Shown piece by piece: positions 27,483 to 36,423 of a stretch of 64,000 nucleotides of DNA. The stretch lies in the NCBI GenBank assembly GCA_963790805.1, contig CAWBPL010000002.1, positions 192,696 to 256,695 of the forward strand. Reading direction: 5' to 3'. Made by a program: the position numbers and the translations under genes. This stretch comes from Candidatus Gottesmanbacteria bacterium (GTDB taxonomy: Bacteria > Patescibacteriota > Microgenomatia > UBA10105 > UBA927). The first letter of the stretch is position 1; each line of letters begins with the position of its first letter. Under the pieces are notes generated by a model. That model made no database searches and was not told the origin of the DNA. It saw only the letters and a list, made by a program, of their open reading frames with translations.

Positions 27483-28838
27483 ATGATGAATTTTCTTCTC
27501 TTTCATACGCCGCTTTTTTATCTCACTCAAAGCGTATGGCGGGACGAGGCGTATTCCATTCTTCTTTCTGAACATTCACCTCTTTTCTTTTTTCGCGTCA
27601 TATTTGACCCGCCGCTCTATTACATACTGTTACATTATTGGATGAAGCTATTCGGTGAAAGCGAAATTGCGGCGCGCAGCCTGTCACTTGTCGGATTTGC
27701 GTTTGCAACTATAATCGTTATTTATTGGGCAGAAAAATTATTTAAGAAACACTGGCTTTCGTGGTTTCTTCCCGTTTTCTTTTTTTTGAACCCGATGCTT
27801 ATCTATTTTGCTTTTGAAATACGCGCCTACGGATGGTATACATTTTTCGCTGTAGCTTCAATGTTTACCTATTTTGAGCGCCGATGGAAACTGTATACTG
27901 TCGCAACACTTTTAGGTTTATATACGCATACCTACATGATCTTTATACCAATTGTACAACTGATTCACTATCTGATTATGGAGAAAAAAATACGGATTTT
28001 TACGCGATTTTCAACGTTTATTCGTGATCCAATGGTACAATCAACCGCCGTAATCGGTCTGGTGTTTGTTCCTTGGCTCTACGCTATGCTTCTTCACGTA
28101 TCCAAGCTCTCACTTTCTTGGTATTTTCCGGTCGACCTGCAGTTAGTAAAATCGGTTCTTGGTAACATTTTTTTGGATTACGAAGGAACACCTTGGTTTT
28201 TGTGGATATTTACCGCTTACGTGTCTCTCGTACTTCTTCTCGCATCCATAGTTTCAATGCTTCAAAAAAAATTCCGTATGCGAAACGGTTTCTTTTTTCT
28301 TATGCTCTATGTCCCAGTTATAATCGTTGTCGGTGTTTCTTTTATAAAACCTCTCTACGTAAATCGATATTTAATTCCATCAACGATCGCTGAAATATTT
28401 CTGGTCATCTTCGCTATCGAGGCTATTAAAAATAAACTCATTCAAAAAATTGTTGCCGCCGGACTGCTTCTTTTTGTTGTCGGCTTCAATACGTGGTATC
28501 CCCTTCAACATAAAAAAGTAGATATCCGCACAACAATCTATCAGGTGAACGCCCTATTGCAAAAACGCGACGTTGTGCTTGTCGACACCTCACTCGTATT
28601 ATTTGAAACTATGTATTATAGTCATGACCGCTCGAAAGTTTATTTCTATAATCCGCAAGGCGAAGCATTTCCTTGGTACGTGGGAGACTCCATCGTCTCA
28701 CATTCTCAGATCGTAACAGAGCTCCCTCCATACCCTATTCGTGCATTTATTATCCACAAAGACGGATCATACGATATTTCATATAATACCAATATTACGT
28801 ATCATCCGAAACTACCCTCAAAAGGTAAAACACCATGA
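27483..28838 (+). CDS. Polytopic membrane glycosyltransferase (GT39/ArnT-PMT-like, GT-C fold)
   Basis: About 12 predicted TM helices, an early RDEAYS loop motif (the acidic loop typical of GT-C enzymes) and a soluble C-terminal domain. The family is assigned by architecture only. Confidence 0.55.
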   Translation: MMNFLLFHTPLFYLTQSVWRDEAYSILLSEHSPLFFFRVIFDPPLYYILLHYWMKLFGESEIAARSLSLVGFAFATIIVIYWAEKLFKKHWLSWFLPVFFFLNPMLIYFAFEIRAYGWYTFFAVASMFTYFERRWKLYTVATLLGLYTHTYMIFIPIVQLIHYLIMEKKIRIFTRFSTFIRDPMVQSTAVIGLVFVPWLYAMLLHVSKLSLSWYFPVDLQLVKSVLGNIFLDYEGTPWFLWIFTAYVSLVLLLASIVSMLQKKFRMRNGFFFLMLYVPVIIVVGVSFIKPLYVNRYLIPSTIAEIFLVIFAIEAIKNKLIQKIVAAGLLLFVVGFNTWYPLQHKKVDIRTTIYQVNALLQKRDVVLVDTSLVLFETMYYSHDRSKVYFYNPQGEAFPWYVGDSIVSHSQIVTELPPYPIRAFIIHKDGSYDISYNTNITYHPKLPSKGKTP

Positions 28839-29215
28839 ACATTAAATTTCGCTCAAATGACAACCTCTCCGCGTGGAAACTCGCAAAAACCAATTGGCTC
28901 GTTCAACTGGTTACGAAATTTGTTGTTTTTTTCACTCTCGCATCGCTTCTTGTCATCGCATTCAAATGGAATCACCTCCCCCCTATGGTTCCGCTCTGGT
29001 ATTCCCGTGCGTGGGGGGCAGATCAGCTAGCACAACCATACTGGTTATTTGTTTTACCTCTTGCTGCGCTTCTTATTTATTTTATTAATCTATTCCTTAG
29101 TATTTACGTAACGGCAGAATACCTCATTTTCACGCAGGTGCTTTTCATTGCCTCATTTCTATTTAATCTGTTATCGTTTATCGCTCTTATAAAAATTTTG
29201 TTTCTTGTCTCGTAG
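28835..29215 (+). CDS. Small membrane protein, translationally coupled (ATGA overlap) to the GT-C gene
   Basis: 126 aa with 3 hydrophobic helices and a 4-nt start/stop overlap. Confidence 0.45.
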   Translation: MNIKFRSNDNLSAWKLAKTNWLVQLVTKFVVFFTLASLLVIAFKWNHLPPMVPLWYSRAWGADQLAQPYWLFVLPLAALLIYFINLFLSIYVTAEYLIFTQVLFIASFLFNLLSFIALIKILFLVS

Positions 29216-29221
29216 GTTCTT

Positions 29222-30304
29222 ATGAATTTTGTTATTCCGTTTCTATCAGCGTTTATTGTGACGCTTGGTATCACCCCTCTGATCATCAAACTTGCAAAAA
29301 AATACAATCTTGTCGATAACCCCAAAACGCGCTATCACCCTGCTCACACGCATAAAGGAATCATTCCTCGCGCCGGCGGGCTGGCGTTATTCATAGGGGT
29401 AAGTGCCAGTATGCTTTTTTTTGTACCCATGACAAAAGTCGCTGTCGGAATTCTTTTAGGATCTGCGCTTCTGGTCGGTGTCGGACTTCTGGATGATAAA
29501 AAAGATGTTAACCCTTATGTCCGCCTTACCATAAATATTATTGCAGCTATCATTGTCGTTTTTGCTGGCGTCGGAATACCGTACGTCACCAATCCCCTTA
29601 CGGGCGGAGTTTTTCATTTAGATACCCTACGATTAACATTCTCGTTTATAGGTTCACACTCTATAGTTGTTTGGGCCGATATATTCGCATTTCTCTGGAT
29701 TTTGTGGACAATGAATATCATCGGGTGGTCAGCCGGCGTTGACGGTCAAATGCCGGGATTTGTCGCCATAAGCGCTTTTGTTTTAGGATTATTATCATTA
29801 CGATTTATTGCATTAGACCCGTCACAAACAAATGTCACCATTCTTGCATTTATTATTGCCGGCGCATTTGCCGGTTTTGTCCCCTGGAATTTTTTTCCGC
29901 AAAAAATTATGCCGGGATATGGAGGAAAAACGCTCGCAGGATTCTTGCTCGCTATCTTAGGAATTCTCTCATACGGCAAAGTCGGTACAGCGCTATTGGT
30001 ACTTGGTATTCCCATGATGGATGCATTTTATACTCTTCTTCGCCGATTGGGTCACAGTAAATCACTTGTTTTAGCTGATCGCGGCCATCTCCACCATAGA
30101 CTGCTCGATATCGGCTGGGGTAAGCGAAAAATCGCCTTGTTTTACTGGGGAGTGTCAGCTATACTGGGTGCAATTGCGCTCACAGTGACAAGCGCACAAA
30201 AATTATTTGCATTTTTATTCGTTGCTGTGAGTGTGGGAGGATTTTTATTATGGATCGCCTTCTTCTCTCAATTTTCAAGACCGCAAGACCCAGACAATGG
30301 CTGA
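29222..30304 (+). CDS. Family-4 glycosyltransferase (MraY/WecA-type polyprenyl-phosphate sugar-1-phosphate transferase)
   Basis: LVDNPKTRYHPAHTHKGIIPRAGGLALF, LLDDKKDVNP and GYGGKTLAGF are MraY/WecA family motifs. The protein is polytopic. Confidence 0.8.
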   Translation: MNFVIPFLSAFIVTLGITPLIIKLAKKYNLVDNPKTRYHPAHTHKGIIPRAGGLALFIGVSASMLFFVPMTKVAVGILLGSALLVGVGLLDDKKDVNPYVRLTINIIAAIIVVFAGVGIPYVTNPLTGGVFHLDTLRLTFSFIGSHSIVVWADIFAFLWILWTMNIIGWSAGVDGQMPGFVAISAFVLGLLSLRFIALDPSQTNVTILAFIIAGAFAGFVPWNFFPQKIMPGYGGKTLAGFLLAILGILSYGKVGTALLVLGIPMMDAFYTLLRRLGHSKSLVLADRGHLHHRLLDIGWGKRKIALFYWGVSAILGAIALTVTSAQKLFAFLFVAVSVGGFLLWIAFFSQFSRPQDPDNG

Positions 30305-31188
30305 AAAATCTTGCCTTATTCGCCACAATCCTCATCACCGGCCATATATTTGAAAAAAACGCATTTATGGCGGCATTCATGGGGTTTATCTCCTATTGTT
30401 TGTTATCTTCATCAAATTATATTTTCAACGACATAATGGATGCTCCGCGAGACAGAAAACACCCATTTAAAAAATTCAGGCCGATCGCAAGCGGACTACT
30501 GAAGGTACCCGTCGCGATAATGACTTCGGTTTTATTCTTATGTGTGGGATTAGCTCTTGCATACTCATTGGGTTGGTTATTTTTCATGTTCTCAGTGGTT
30601 TTTATACTTCTTGAATATTCCTATACGTTATTTCTGAAACACATATCGGTTATCGATATTATCGCCATTACGGCCGCCTATTTTTTGCGCGTCTATGCCG
30701 GAGAAGCCGCAACCGGATATCATATTTCCGTTTGGCTCGCGCTTGCCGTATTGTCGCTCGCTCTTTTTCTTGCTGTCGGTAAACGTCGCGCAGAACTGAC
30801 GCTTCTTCAGGGATATAAGGGAGGGTTGCCTAATGAAACACGTGTAACCCTTTCACATTATTCTGAAAAACTTCTTGATACATATACGGCAATGTTTGCG
30901 AATTCAACATTTATAACCTACTCGTTCTATACGTTTCTCGAACGACCGGTAAATCAGGGATTTTTCTTTAAAAATTACGGTGATTTTGTTTCTGATCTGC
31001 CGGGAAGAAAATGGTTGATGGCGACGATTCCTTTCGTTCTTTACGGCATCATGCGATATATGCAGCTCATTTACGAAGGCAAGGGAGAATCACCAGAACA
31101 ACTGTTAACATCCGATAAACCCCTCCTGACCACAGTAATTCTCTGGGGCGTCTGTCTTATGGTGGTCGTCTACGGAATCGGGGGCTGA
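30250..31188 (+). CDS. UbiA-family prenyl-phosphate phosphoribosyltransferase (decaprenyl-phosphate phosphoribosyltransferase-like)
   Basis: ARPRQWLKNLALFA and NDIMDAPRDRKHPFKKFRPIASG match the Rv3806c-type NDxxDxxxDRxHPxKxxRPxAxG motif. It overlaps the upstream gene by 55 nt. Confidence 0.75.
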   Translation: MDRLLLSIFKTARPRQWLKNLALFATILITGHIFEKNAFMAAFMGFISYCLLSSSNYIFNDIMDAPRDRKHPFKKFRPIASGLLKVPVAIMTSVLFLCVGLALAYSLGWLFFMFSVVFILLEYSYTLFLKHISVIDIIAITAAYFLRVYAGEAATGYHISVWLALAVLSLALFLAVGKRRAELTLLQGYKGGLPNETRVTLSHYSEKLLDTYTAMFANSTFITYSFYTFLERPVNQGFFFKNYGDFVSDLPGRKWLMATIPFVLYGIMRYMQLIYEGKGESPEQLLTSDKPLLTTVILWGVCLMVVVYGIGG

Positions 31189-31205
31189 TAATCCGCACGG
31201 GTACG

Positions 31206-32084
31206 TTACTCGACTTTATCGACGTATTGACCCGACACCCAACCGTTGTTTGTGCCGTCGTAATTTATTTGATACCAGCCGTTCTGACTGTCAACAATAG
31301 TAAACATATCGCCGGGGTTTACCCGGGCGGCTTCTGTTGCAGTTGTCGAAGGATCTACCCGCACTCTCAAAAATCCTGTCGGTGTATCTTTAATAACGAC
31401 ATACGGTTTAGCGGGCGGCGTTTTTTGCGCACCGGATTGTGTTGACGTTTTTGTTTTTCCCGTTGGCACCGGAGTAAGCGTTGCTTCTGGCGTTGCTTCG
31501 GAAGTTGAGGAACCGGGTGAAAGAGCAAGCTTGAGGTCAGCAAGCAACCGGTATCCCGGCGTCATTTTAATTTTTAGAGTCCGCGTGAGAAACCCGACGC
31601 TCGTGATGCTGACGTCATGATCTCCGGCAGCAATATCTTGAATCGATAAAGGCGTGACGCCTTTAACAACATCATCAACAAGTACAGTCGCTCCGTCTGG
31701 ATTAGTAGTTACGGCAAGTTCGGACTGTGCGCTTGTTATTTTTTCCAGCCAAACGATGTCGACCGCTGTCGTTAGTTCCGAATCACTTATATCGGCATTG
31801 ACATAGGTTAACAAGTTTTGTCCTATCGTCACTCTTCCCTGCCACTGCGTCTGCGATGTCGTGCTGTCTGGAATAAGTTTTAACGTATACTGACCGGCTT
31901 GAACTTTATCCCTATAAGGGGTTTTTCCAATATTTTTGTCGTCCAAAAAAACGGTTGTTTCCGGAGAGCTATCGACGCGCAATTCACCCTCTTTCGGTCC
32001 TCTGGTGCTTAAATATCGTGCGATTGCGGCAATAATAATGATAAGTCCAATTAATGCAACAAGAAAGAAAATTTTACGCCTCAT
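31206..32084 (-). CDS. Membrane-anchored PEGA-domain protein with a C-terminal SH3b domain
   Basis: Start trimmed to MRRKIFFLVALIGLIIII. There are two PEGA-like repeats (VDSSPETTVFLDDKNIGKTPY and TNPDGATVLVDDVVKGVTPL). The C-terminus GFLRVRVDPS...GWYQINYDG..GWVSGQYV is SH3b-like. Confidence 0.65.
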   Translation of the reverse strand: MRRKIFFLVALIGLIIIIAAIARYLSTRGPKEGELRVDSSPETTVFLDDKNIGKTPYRDKVQAGQYTLKLIPDSTTSQTQWQGRVTIGQNLLTYVNADISDSELTTAVDIVWLEKITSAQSELAVTTNPDGATVLVDDVVKGVTPLSIQDIAAGDHDVSITSVGFLTRTLKIKMTPGYRLLADLKLALSPGSSTSEATPEATLTPVPTGKTKTSTQSGAQKTPPAKPYVVIKDTPTGFLRVRVDPSTTATEAARVNPGDMFTIVDSQNGWYQINYDGTNNGWVSGQYVDKVE

Positions 32085-32279
32085 GTGTTTTCGATCATAG
32101 CATAAAAACGCGCTGACAGGCAAATTATGAAACGCATTCGCCCGCGTTTCCAGCCTTAAGAATTGCCCCATTTCCCACCCGAACTACCTTATTATATAAG
32201 CCTATAAACTTGACTCCGTAAGAAAGTTGTAGTATAGTTCTTTTTTACCGCACTCCATAAGGGGTGTTTTTTTAGACCT

Positions 32280-32951
32280 ATGAACCAACAAATATCTCGG
32301 TTCATGAATGATCTTCGAGTACTTCTTACAACTGCCCTGACCACTCAATCCGAAGAAGGAAGTGGTTTGGGAATATTTTTGCGGGCGCTCCTTCGAAAGC
32401 GAAAATTCAGTTTCCGTCAGGTCGTCGGCGTAAACCTCGCAGGATTAGCGTTTTTTACCGCTGTCGTCGTACCCCAGAGCCAGTCGATGGTCTCAGATCT
32501 TGTCGTCTCTCAACAAACACAAAGAAATGTCATCGTTGTTGATGATTCCCCCTCACTTTTTCAGTGGCCCTTAAGAACATTCGGTATCTCGCAGGAATTT
32601 TCGGTTGTCCACCCCGGAATGGATTTAACCGACCCTATCGGAACAACAATCTATCCGATCGGCGATGGGGTTGTTACGTGGATTAAATATTTATCTTACG
32701 GCTACGGATACCACGTCTTGATAACAAATGATGACGGTGTTCAATCATTGTATGCGCACATGTCAAAAATATTCGTTCATGAGGGACAGTCTGTTGCCAA
32801 AACAACCGCACTTGGAGAAGTGGGTGTAACAGGTTGGACGACAGGACCCCACGTGCATCTTGAAGTCTATGAGCAGGGTTCAGCAACCAATCCTCTCGAA
32901 GTATTACCACAGCTTAAAGACGTTAACGAGATAGCTGAAGCGCAGCAATAA
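32280..32951 (+). CDS. M23-family peptidoglycan metalloendopeptidase
   Basis: HPGMDL...IYPIGDGVV...GYHVLITNDDGVQSLYAHMS...GWTTGPHVHLEVY contains the HxxxD and HxH motifs. Confidence 0.8.
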   Translation: MNQQISRFMNDLRVLLTTALTTQSEEGSGLGIFLRALLRKRKFSFRQVVGVNLAGLAFFTAVVVPQSQSMVSDLVVSQQTQRNVIVVDDSPSLFQWPLRTFGISQEFSVVHPGMDLTDPIGTTIYPIGDGVVTWIKYLSYGYGYHVLITNDDGVQSLYAHMSKIFVHEGQSVAKTTALGEVGVTGWTTGPHVHLEVYEQGSATNPLEVLPQLKDVNEIAEAQQ

Positions 32952-33786
32952 TCATCACGGCGGCAGCAGAAAACCGGATCGCATAAACCTTCATCGTATG
33001 TTTCTCCAGTAATTTCGGGGCAAAAAAAGAAAACAGTACCCCGAGTACCACTGTAAGGGGTGCTGACATGATTGCTGCAGAAATGCCGATATTTATTGCA
33101 TAAGCTGCATTTGCTGCAAAAATTCCCATTGTTGCGAACAATGAGTGTCCGACAACGCCGCTCCATTGGTCCCGTTGAATTTTTCTCACATCATCTCGGA
33201 AAAACCAGATGGTCGGAATAATAAATACGAACGTTAAAAAGTTTCCCCATAACGTGACTTCCCAAAACCCCTCGAACTTCATAGCATATTTCGTCGCTGC
33301 AGCAAACATCGCCGAACAGATGGTTGTAATAATCGCGAGTAAAATAGACCGATGAAAAAACGACTTAAGCGTTAATCGCTCGTCCATAGTGATAAAAAGA
33401 CCGGCAAAAAGCATAAGAACTATTAATCCTATCTGATAACCCGCTATTCGTTCATGAAATAAGAAGACCCCTAAAACGACGCTAGCTGCCGTGCGAAGGT
33501 TATACATGGGTCCCAACACCGACACGTCAAGCGCATACATGGCAAAAATAAAAAGAGTCCCCGCAAGTGTTGAAAAAAATCCAAGCAATAACAGCGGCCC
33601 CCAGTGCGTCGGCATTTGTACGTGTGCCGCAAGTGCAAACGGTAAGGTAAAAATCACAATGAGCAGGTTCCAAATGAAATTAAAAAGCCACGGATTGGAT
33701 AATTGATGTTTACTGGAAAGTTTTCCAGAAACTACACCAAGTGAGTAACTCAAATTGGCAAGCCATGCAAAAATATAAAACGGCAT
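32923..33786 (-). CDS. EamA/DMT-superfamily transporter
   Basis: 10-TM protein with duplicated EamA-like halves. The start is set at the ATG at 33786 (MPFYIF) rather than the GTG at 33804, because the upstream repeat element runs to 33795. Confidence 0.7.
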   Translation of the reverse strand: MPFYIFAWLANLSYSLGVVSGKLSSKHQLSNPWLFNFIWNLLIVIFTLPFALAAHVQMPTHWGPLLLLGFFSTLAGTLFIFAMYALDVSVLGPMYNLRTAASVVLGVFLFHERIAGYQIGLIVLMLFAGLFITMDERLTLKSFFHRSILLAIITTICSAMFAAATKYAMKFEGFWEVTLWGNFLTFVFIIPTIWFFRDDVRKIQRDQWSGVVGHSLFATMGIFAANAAYAINIGISAAIMSAPLTVVLGVLFSFFAPKLLEKHTMKVYAIRFSAAAVMIIAALQLSR

Positions 33787-33794
33787 GATGAGGA

Positions 33795-33888
33795 AAGTAT
33801 ACACCCATCTTACTCAGATTTGCATCCCGATCCGATCGGGAGAAAAAATTGATTAGATGAGCTGGATACCCGAAGGGTATAACAAAAT
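33795..33888 (-). repeat. Copy A of a ~94-nt structured intergenic element (candidate 5' leader RNA)
   Basis: 84/94 aligned positions are identical to 35697-35789 by hand alignment. It contains the hairpin AUACCC-UUCG-GGGUAU (33866-33880) and the palindrome CCCGATCCGATCGGG (33826-33840). It fills the cutA-to-EamA gap. Confidence 0.8.
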
Positions 33889-33896
33889 ACGGGGGG

Positions 33897-34223
33897 TTAT
33901 TTTATTTCTCCTTTAATCCATTCATAATATTTTTTGGAAACATTCGCAACAGGAATAGCAAGAATGCATGGAGTGTCCGATGAATGAACGGCTTTCACTT
34001 GGCGCTCAACGTCGGAAAATTTCTTCCCGAGCGTCTTCACAATAAGAATCGTCTCGTGGCCTTCTTCAAATTTTCCGGTTTTTGGCGGCCAGAAATAAAC
34101 GGAGTTCATACCGGGAATAATATTAATGCAACCACACAAACGTTTATCCAGTAAATGAGTTCCGATCTTTTTCGCCTCATCGGAATCTTTGCATGTTATG
34201 TAAACAAGAATCATGTCAGTCAT
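33897..34223 (-). CDS. cutA: CutA divalent-cation tolerance protein
   Basis: ILVYITCKDSDEAKKIGTHLLDKRLCGCINIIPG..SVYFW and a C-terminal YYEWI are typical of the ~105-aa CutA1. Confidence 0.8.
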   Translation of the reverse strand: MTDMILVYITCKDSDEAKKIGTHLLDKRLCGCINIIPGMNSVYFWPPKTGKFEEGHETILIVKTLGKKFSDVERQVKAVHSSDTPCILAIPVANVSKKYYEWIKGEIK

Positions 34224-34230
34224 ATATACG

Positions 34231-34695
34231 TTATAACAGTTTATACATGGTTATGGAATCAGTGCCCCGCGAAAATCCCATTTTGGCATACCACCCGAGA
34301 CCTTTTATGTTTTTAGGGTTTACGTTAAATGTCAGGGAGTCTATATGCTTTTTTTTCAGTCTTCGCATAGTTTCCTGCATAAGTTTGTTGCCGATCCCCC
34401 GTCTTCGGTATCTTTCATCGACAAAAATCCCGGTACAATATCCCCACCCTCTCATCACGTATGTTATGCACATACCGACCGGTTCTTTTCTTCCGTTTTT
34501 GGCAACGAGAAATATATCATTTCGGGGATGTTGAATCCAATCAATAATCGCTTTTTTGGGGTACCATTTTGTATCATTATCGCTCCAGAGTTCCGTGTTA
34601 TCTTCCCCCCAGCGCCAGAGGCGGTCTACGTCGTTTAATGTCGGTTTCGTAATATGAATGCTTCCGTTACTTTTTTTCTGTGTACCCGTATACAA
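34231..34695 (-). CDS. GNAT-family N-acetyltransferase
   Basis: GIFVDERYRRRGIGNKLMQETMRRL is the acetyl-CoA binding motif A (R/Q-x-x-G-x-G/A). The start appears to be TTG behind GAGGTG. Confidence 0.75.
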   Translation of the reverse strand: MYTGTQKKSNGSIHITKPTLNDVDRLWRWGEDNTELWSDNDTKWYPKKAIIDWIQHPRNDIFLVAKNGRKEPVGMCITYVMRGWGYCTGIFVDERYRRRGIGNKLMQETMRRLKKKHIDSLTFNVNPKNIKGLGWYAKMGFSRGTDSITMYKLL

Positions 34696-34723
34696 TCACC
34701 TCAAACCATGAATCTTGGATAAA

Positions 34724-34747
34724 GGTAAAAGGCCCCAAGCGGGACCT
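34724..34747 (-). terminator. Candidate rho-independent terminator after the alpha/beta hydrolase gene
   Basis: The minus strand reads AGGTCCC-GCTT-GGGGCCT followed by TTTTACCTTT. The stem has one mismatch. Confidence 0.4.
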
Positions 34748-34808
34748 GTTCTTTTTCCTGTTATTATCCGTGGAATACCCATGATACTATCACAATTAAG
34801 GCACTTTG

Positions 34809-35690
34809 TTAAATCGAGGACACCCATGAAGAGATTGCGGCAACGGCCTCTTTTTCCTTACCAACATAACTATGCGTCGTCTCAGGAATAATAATGCTTG
34901 CATAGTTTGTTGACCGCTGATAATGATCAAACACCTGTTTAATCTTATCAACTGGTTTATTGGCAGTTTCATCATTTTGAGCAAAAACCATAAGAAGCGG
35001 CTTCCGTATTTTCTGAAAAACTGTCAGCACGTTTTTTTTATCCCAATAATTAAATACATCTTCCTTCGATCCGGGCGAAAGAAGACTAAGCCATCGCTTT
35101 GCAGTCATCGGAAAGAAATGCCGTAATAATATTTCATCACCCTTCCCCTCTGCTACTAATTTCTTCATGAGCGCGAGATTTTCATCATAAAGTTTTCTGT
35201 CTGTATTTTTAGAAAATCTATCCGACATCGGACCAGCCAATACAACGGCAATCATCCGCGGATCGCGTCTCATCCCCGCGTAATAGCACGCTTTATTTGC
35301 CCCAGTGCTGTGTCCAACCAAAACAACTTCACTAAATCCCTCACTCGCTAAAAATCCGATTGCGGCATCAATGTCATAAACGCAATCGGCAAATACTTCC
35401 AGACCTGCACCTATCATCTTATGCGCAAATCCTGTCTTTTTTCTTCCGTCGGTTTTCCGCATATTCGCAACGACGTCATGTCCGCGGTTATTGAAAGCGG
35501 CAAATCCCCACCCAAATCTTTCGCATTCATCGGCAAACGCATCATTAATAAGCGGATCCCCGTAAAATCTTCCCGTGAGTCCATGTATCCACAAGATCGC
35601 CTTCTTTCCCGGCTTCGCCGGCCTGAAAAATATTCCCTGATGCACCAATCCGTCACCAGTCGTAATTTCCGATAGATAAAAGGGGTTCAT
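34809..35690 (-). CDS. Alpha/beta-fold hydrolase (DUF1749-like)
   Basis: AILWIHGLTGRFYG and VVLVGHSTGANKACYY (GxSxG elbow). A catalytic His is plausible at ETTHSY. Confidence 0.7.
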   Translation of the reverse strand: MNPFYLSEITTGDGLVHQGIFFRPAKPGKKAILWIHGLTGRFYGDPLINDAFADECERFGWGFAAFNNRGHDVVANMRKTDGRKKTGFAHKMIGAGLEVFADCVYDIDAAIGFLASEGFSEVVLVGHSTGANKACYYAGMRRDPRMIAVVLAGPMSDRFSKNTDRKLYDENLALMKKLVAEGKGDEILLRHFFPMTAKRWLSLLSPGSKEDVFNYWDKKNVLTVFQKIRKPLLMVFAQNDETANKPVDKIKQVFDHYQRSTNYASIIIPETTHSYVGKEKEAVAAISSWVSSI

Positions 35691-35696
35691 GTGGAT

Positions 35697-35789
35697 AAGT
35701 ATACACCCACCTTACTCAGCTATGCATCCCGATCCGATCGGGAGAAAAATCTGATTAGGCGGGCGGATACCCGAAGGGTATAGCAAAAT
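35697..35789 (-). repeat. Copy B of the ~94-nt structured intergenic element (candidate 5' leader RNA)
   Basis: It has the same two hairpins as copy A with 100% identical stems. It ends 6 nt before the hydrolase ATG (35690) and fills the whole gap to the upstream stop (35792). Confidence 0.8.
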
Positions 35790-35791
35790 TA

Positions 35792-36358
35792 TCAGCCGAG
35801 AGAAGGTGCTGGGTGGACCAATGATTCAGGATTTACTGGCTCCAGTAATACCTCCGTTAAATCCTCATGCGTATACACCATACGTAAATCTATATACGCC
35901 GGAAGTGTGAGGGTATGTAACCTATCTAATTCAGCAATAAGCTGTATTCCATTCGCTTCTGTGGGGGTTGAATTATATAGTGCAAAAGCTCCGCTTATAT
36001 CAGATTGCAATTCGTCTACATCTCCCGTCAATATGTTATTCGCTTTTAAAGCGCGATCGATATCATTAGCCAAACCCCACGGAGTCTCTCGTAATAAAAA
36101 TGGGCTGTGATATCTGGACATCCTCGGGTCAATCCAATCTGCAATTCTCTTACCCATAACGCCGTTGTCTATGTATAAGCGCCGATTGATGCCTCCGCCT
36201 CTGATGTCGGAAAACGGTAGATTCGCCCGCCAATCACGAAAATAGCGAATTCCTTTCCCTTTGCGTGTACCCTCACGAACTTCCGCTTCAATTTCTTTTC
36301 TGCTTACCTCAGGAGGTAACTGCATTAAATTATTGTATTCGAGTCTCCACATATTCAC
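35792..36358 (-). CDS. Hypothetical protein (188 aa)
   Basis: The ORF has normal composition and sits in an operon position. I recognise no motif. Confidence 0.4.
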   Translation of the reverse strand: MNMWRLEYNNLMQLPPEVSRKEIEAEVREGTRKGKGIRYFRDWRANLPFSDIRGGGINRRLYIDNGVMGKRIADWIDPRMSRYHSPFLLRETPWGLANDIDRALKANNILTGDVDELQSDISGAFALYNSTPTEANGIQLIAELDRLHTLTLPAYIDLRMVYTHEDLTEVLLEPVNPESLVHPAPSLG

Positions 36359-36423
36359 TCCAGCACGTATTATAGCACCGCGCGCAAAATGTACTAATAA
36401 AAATTTTCTGCTATACTTTTCGT

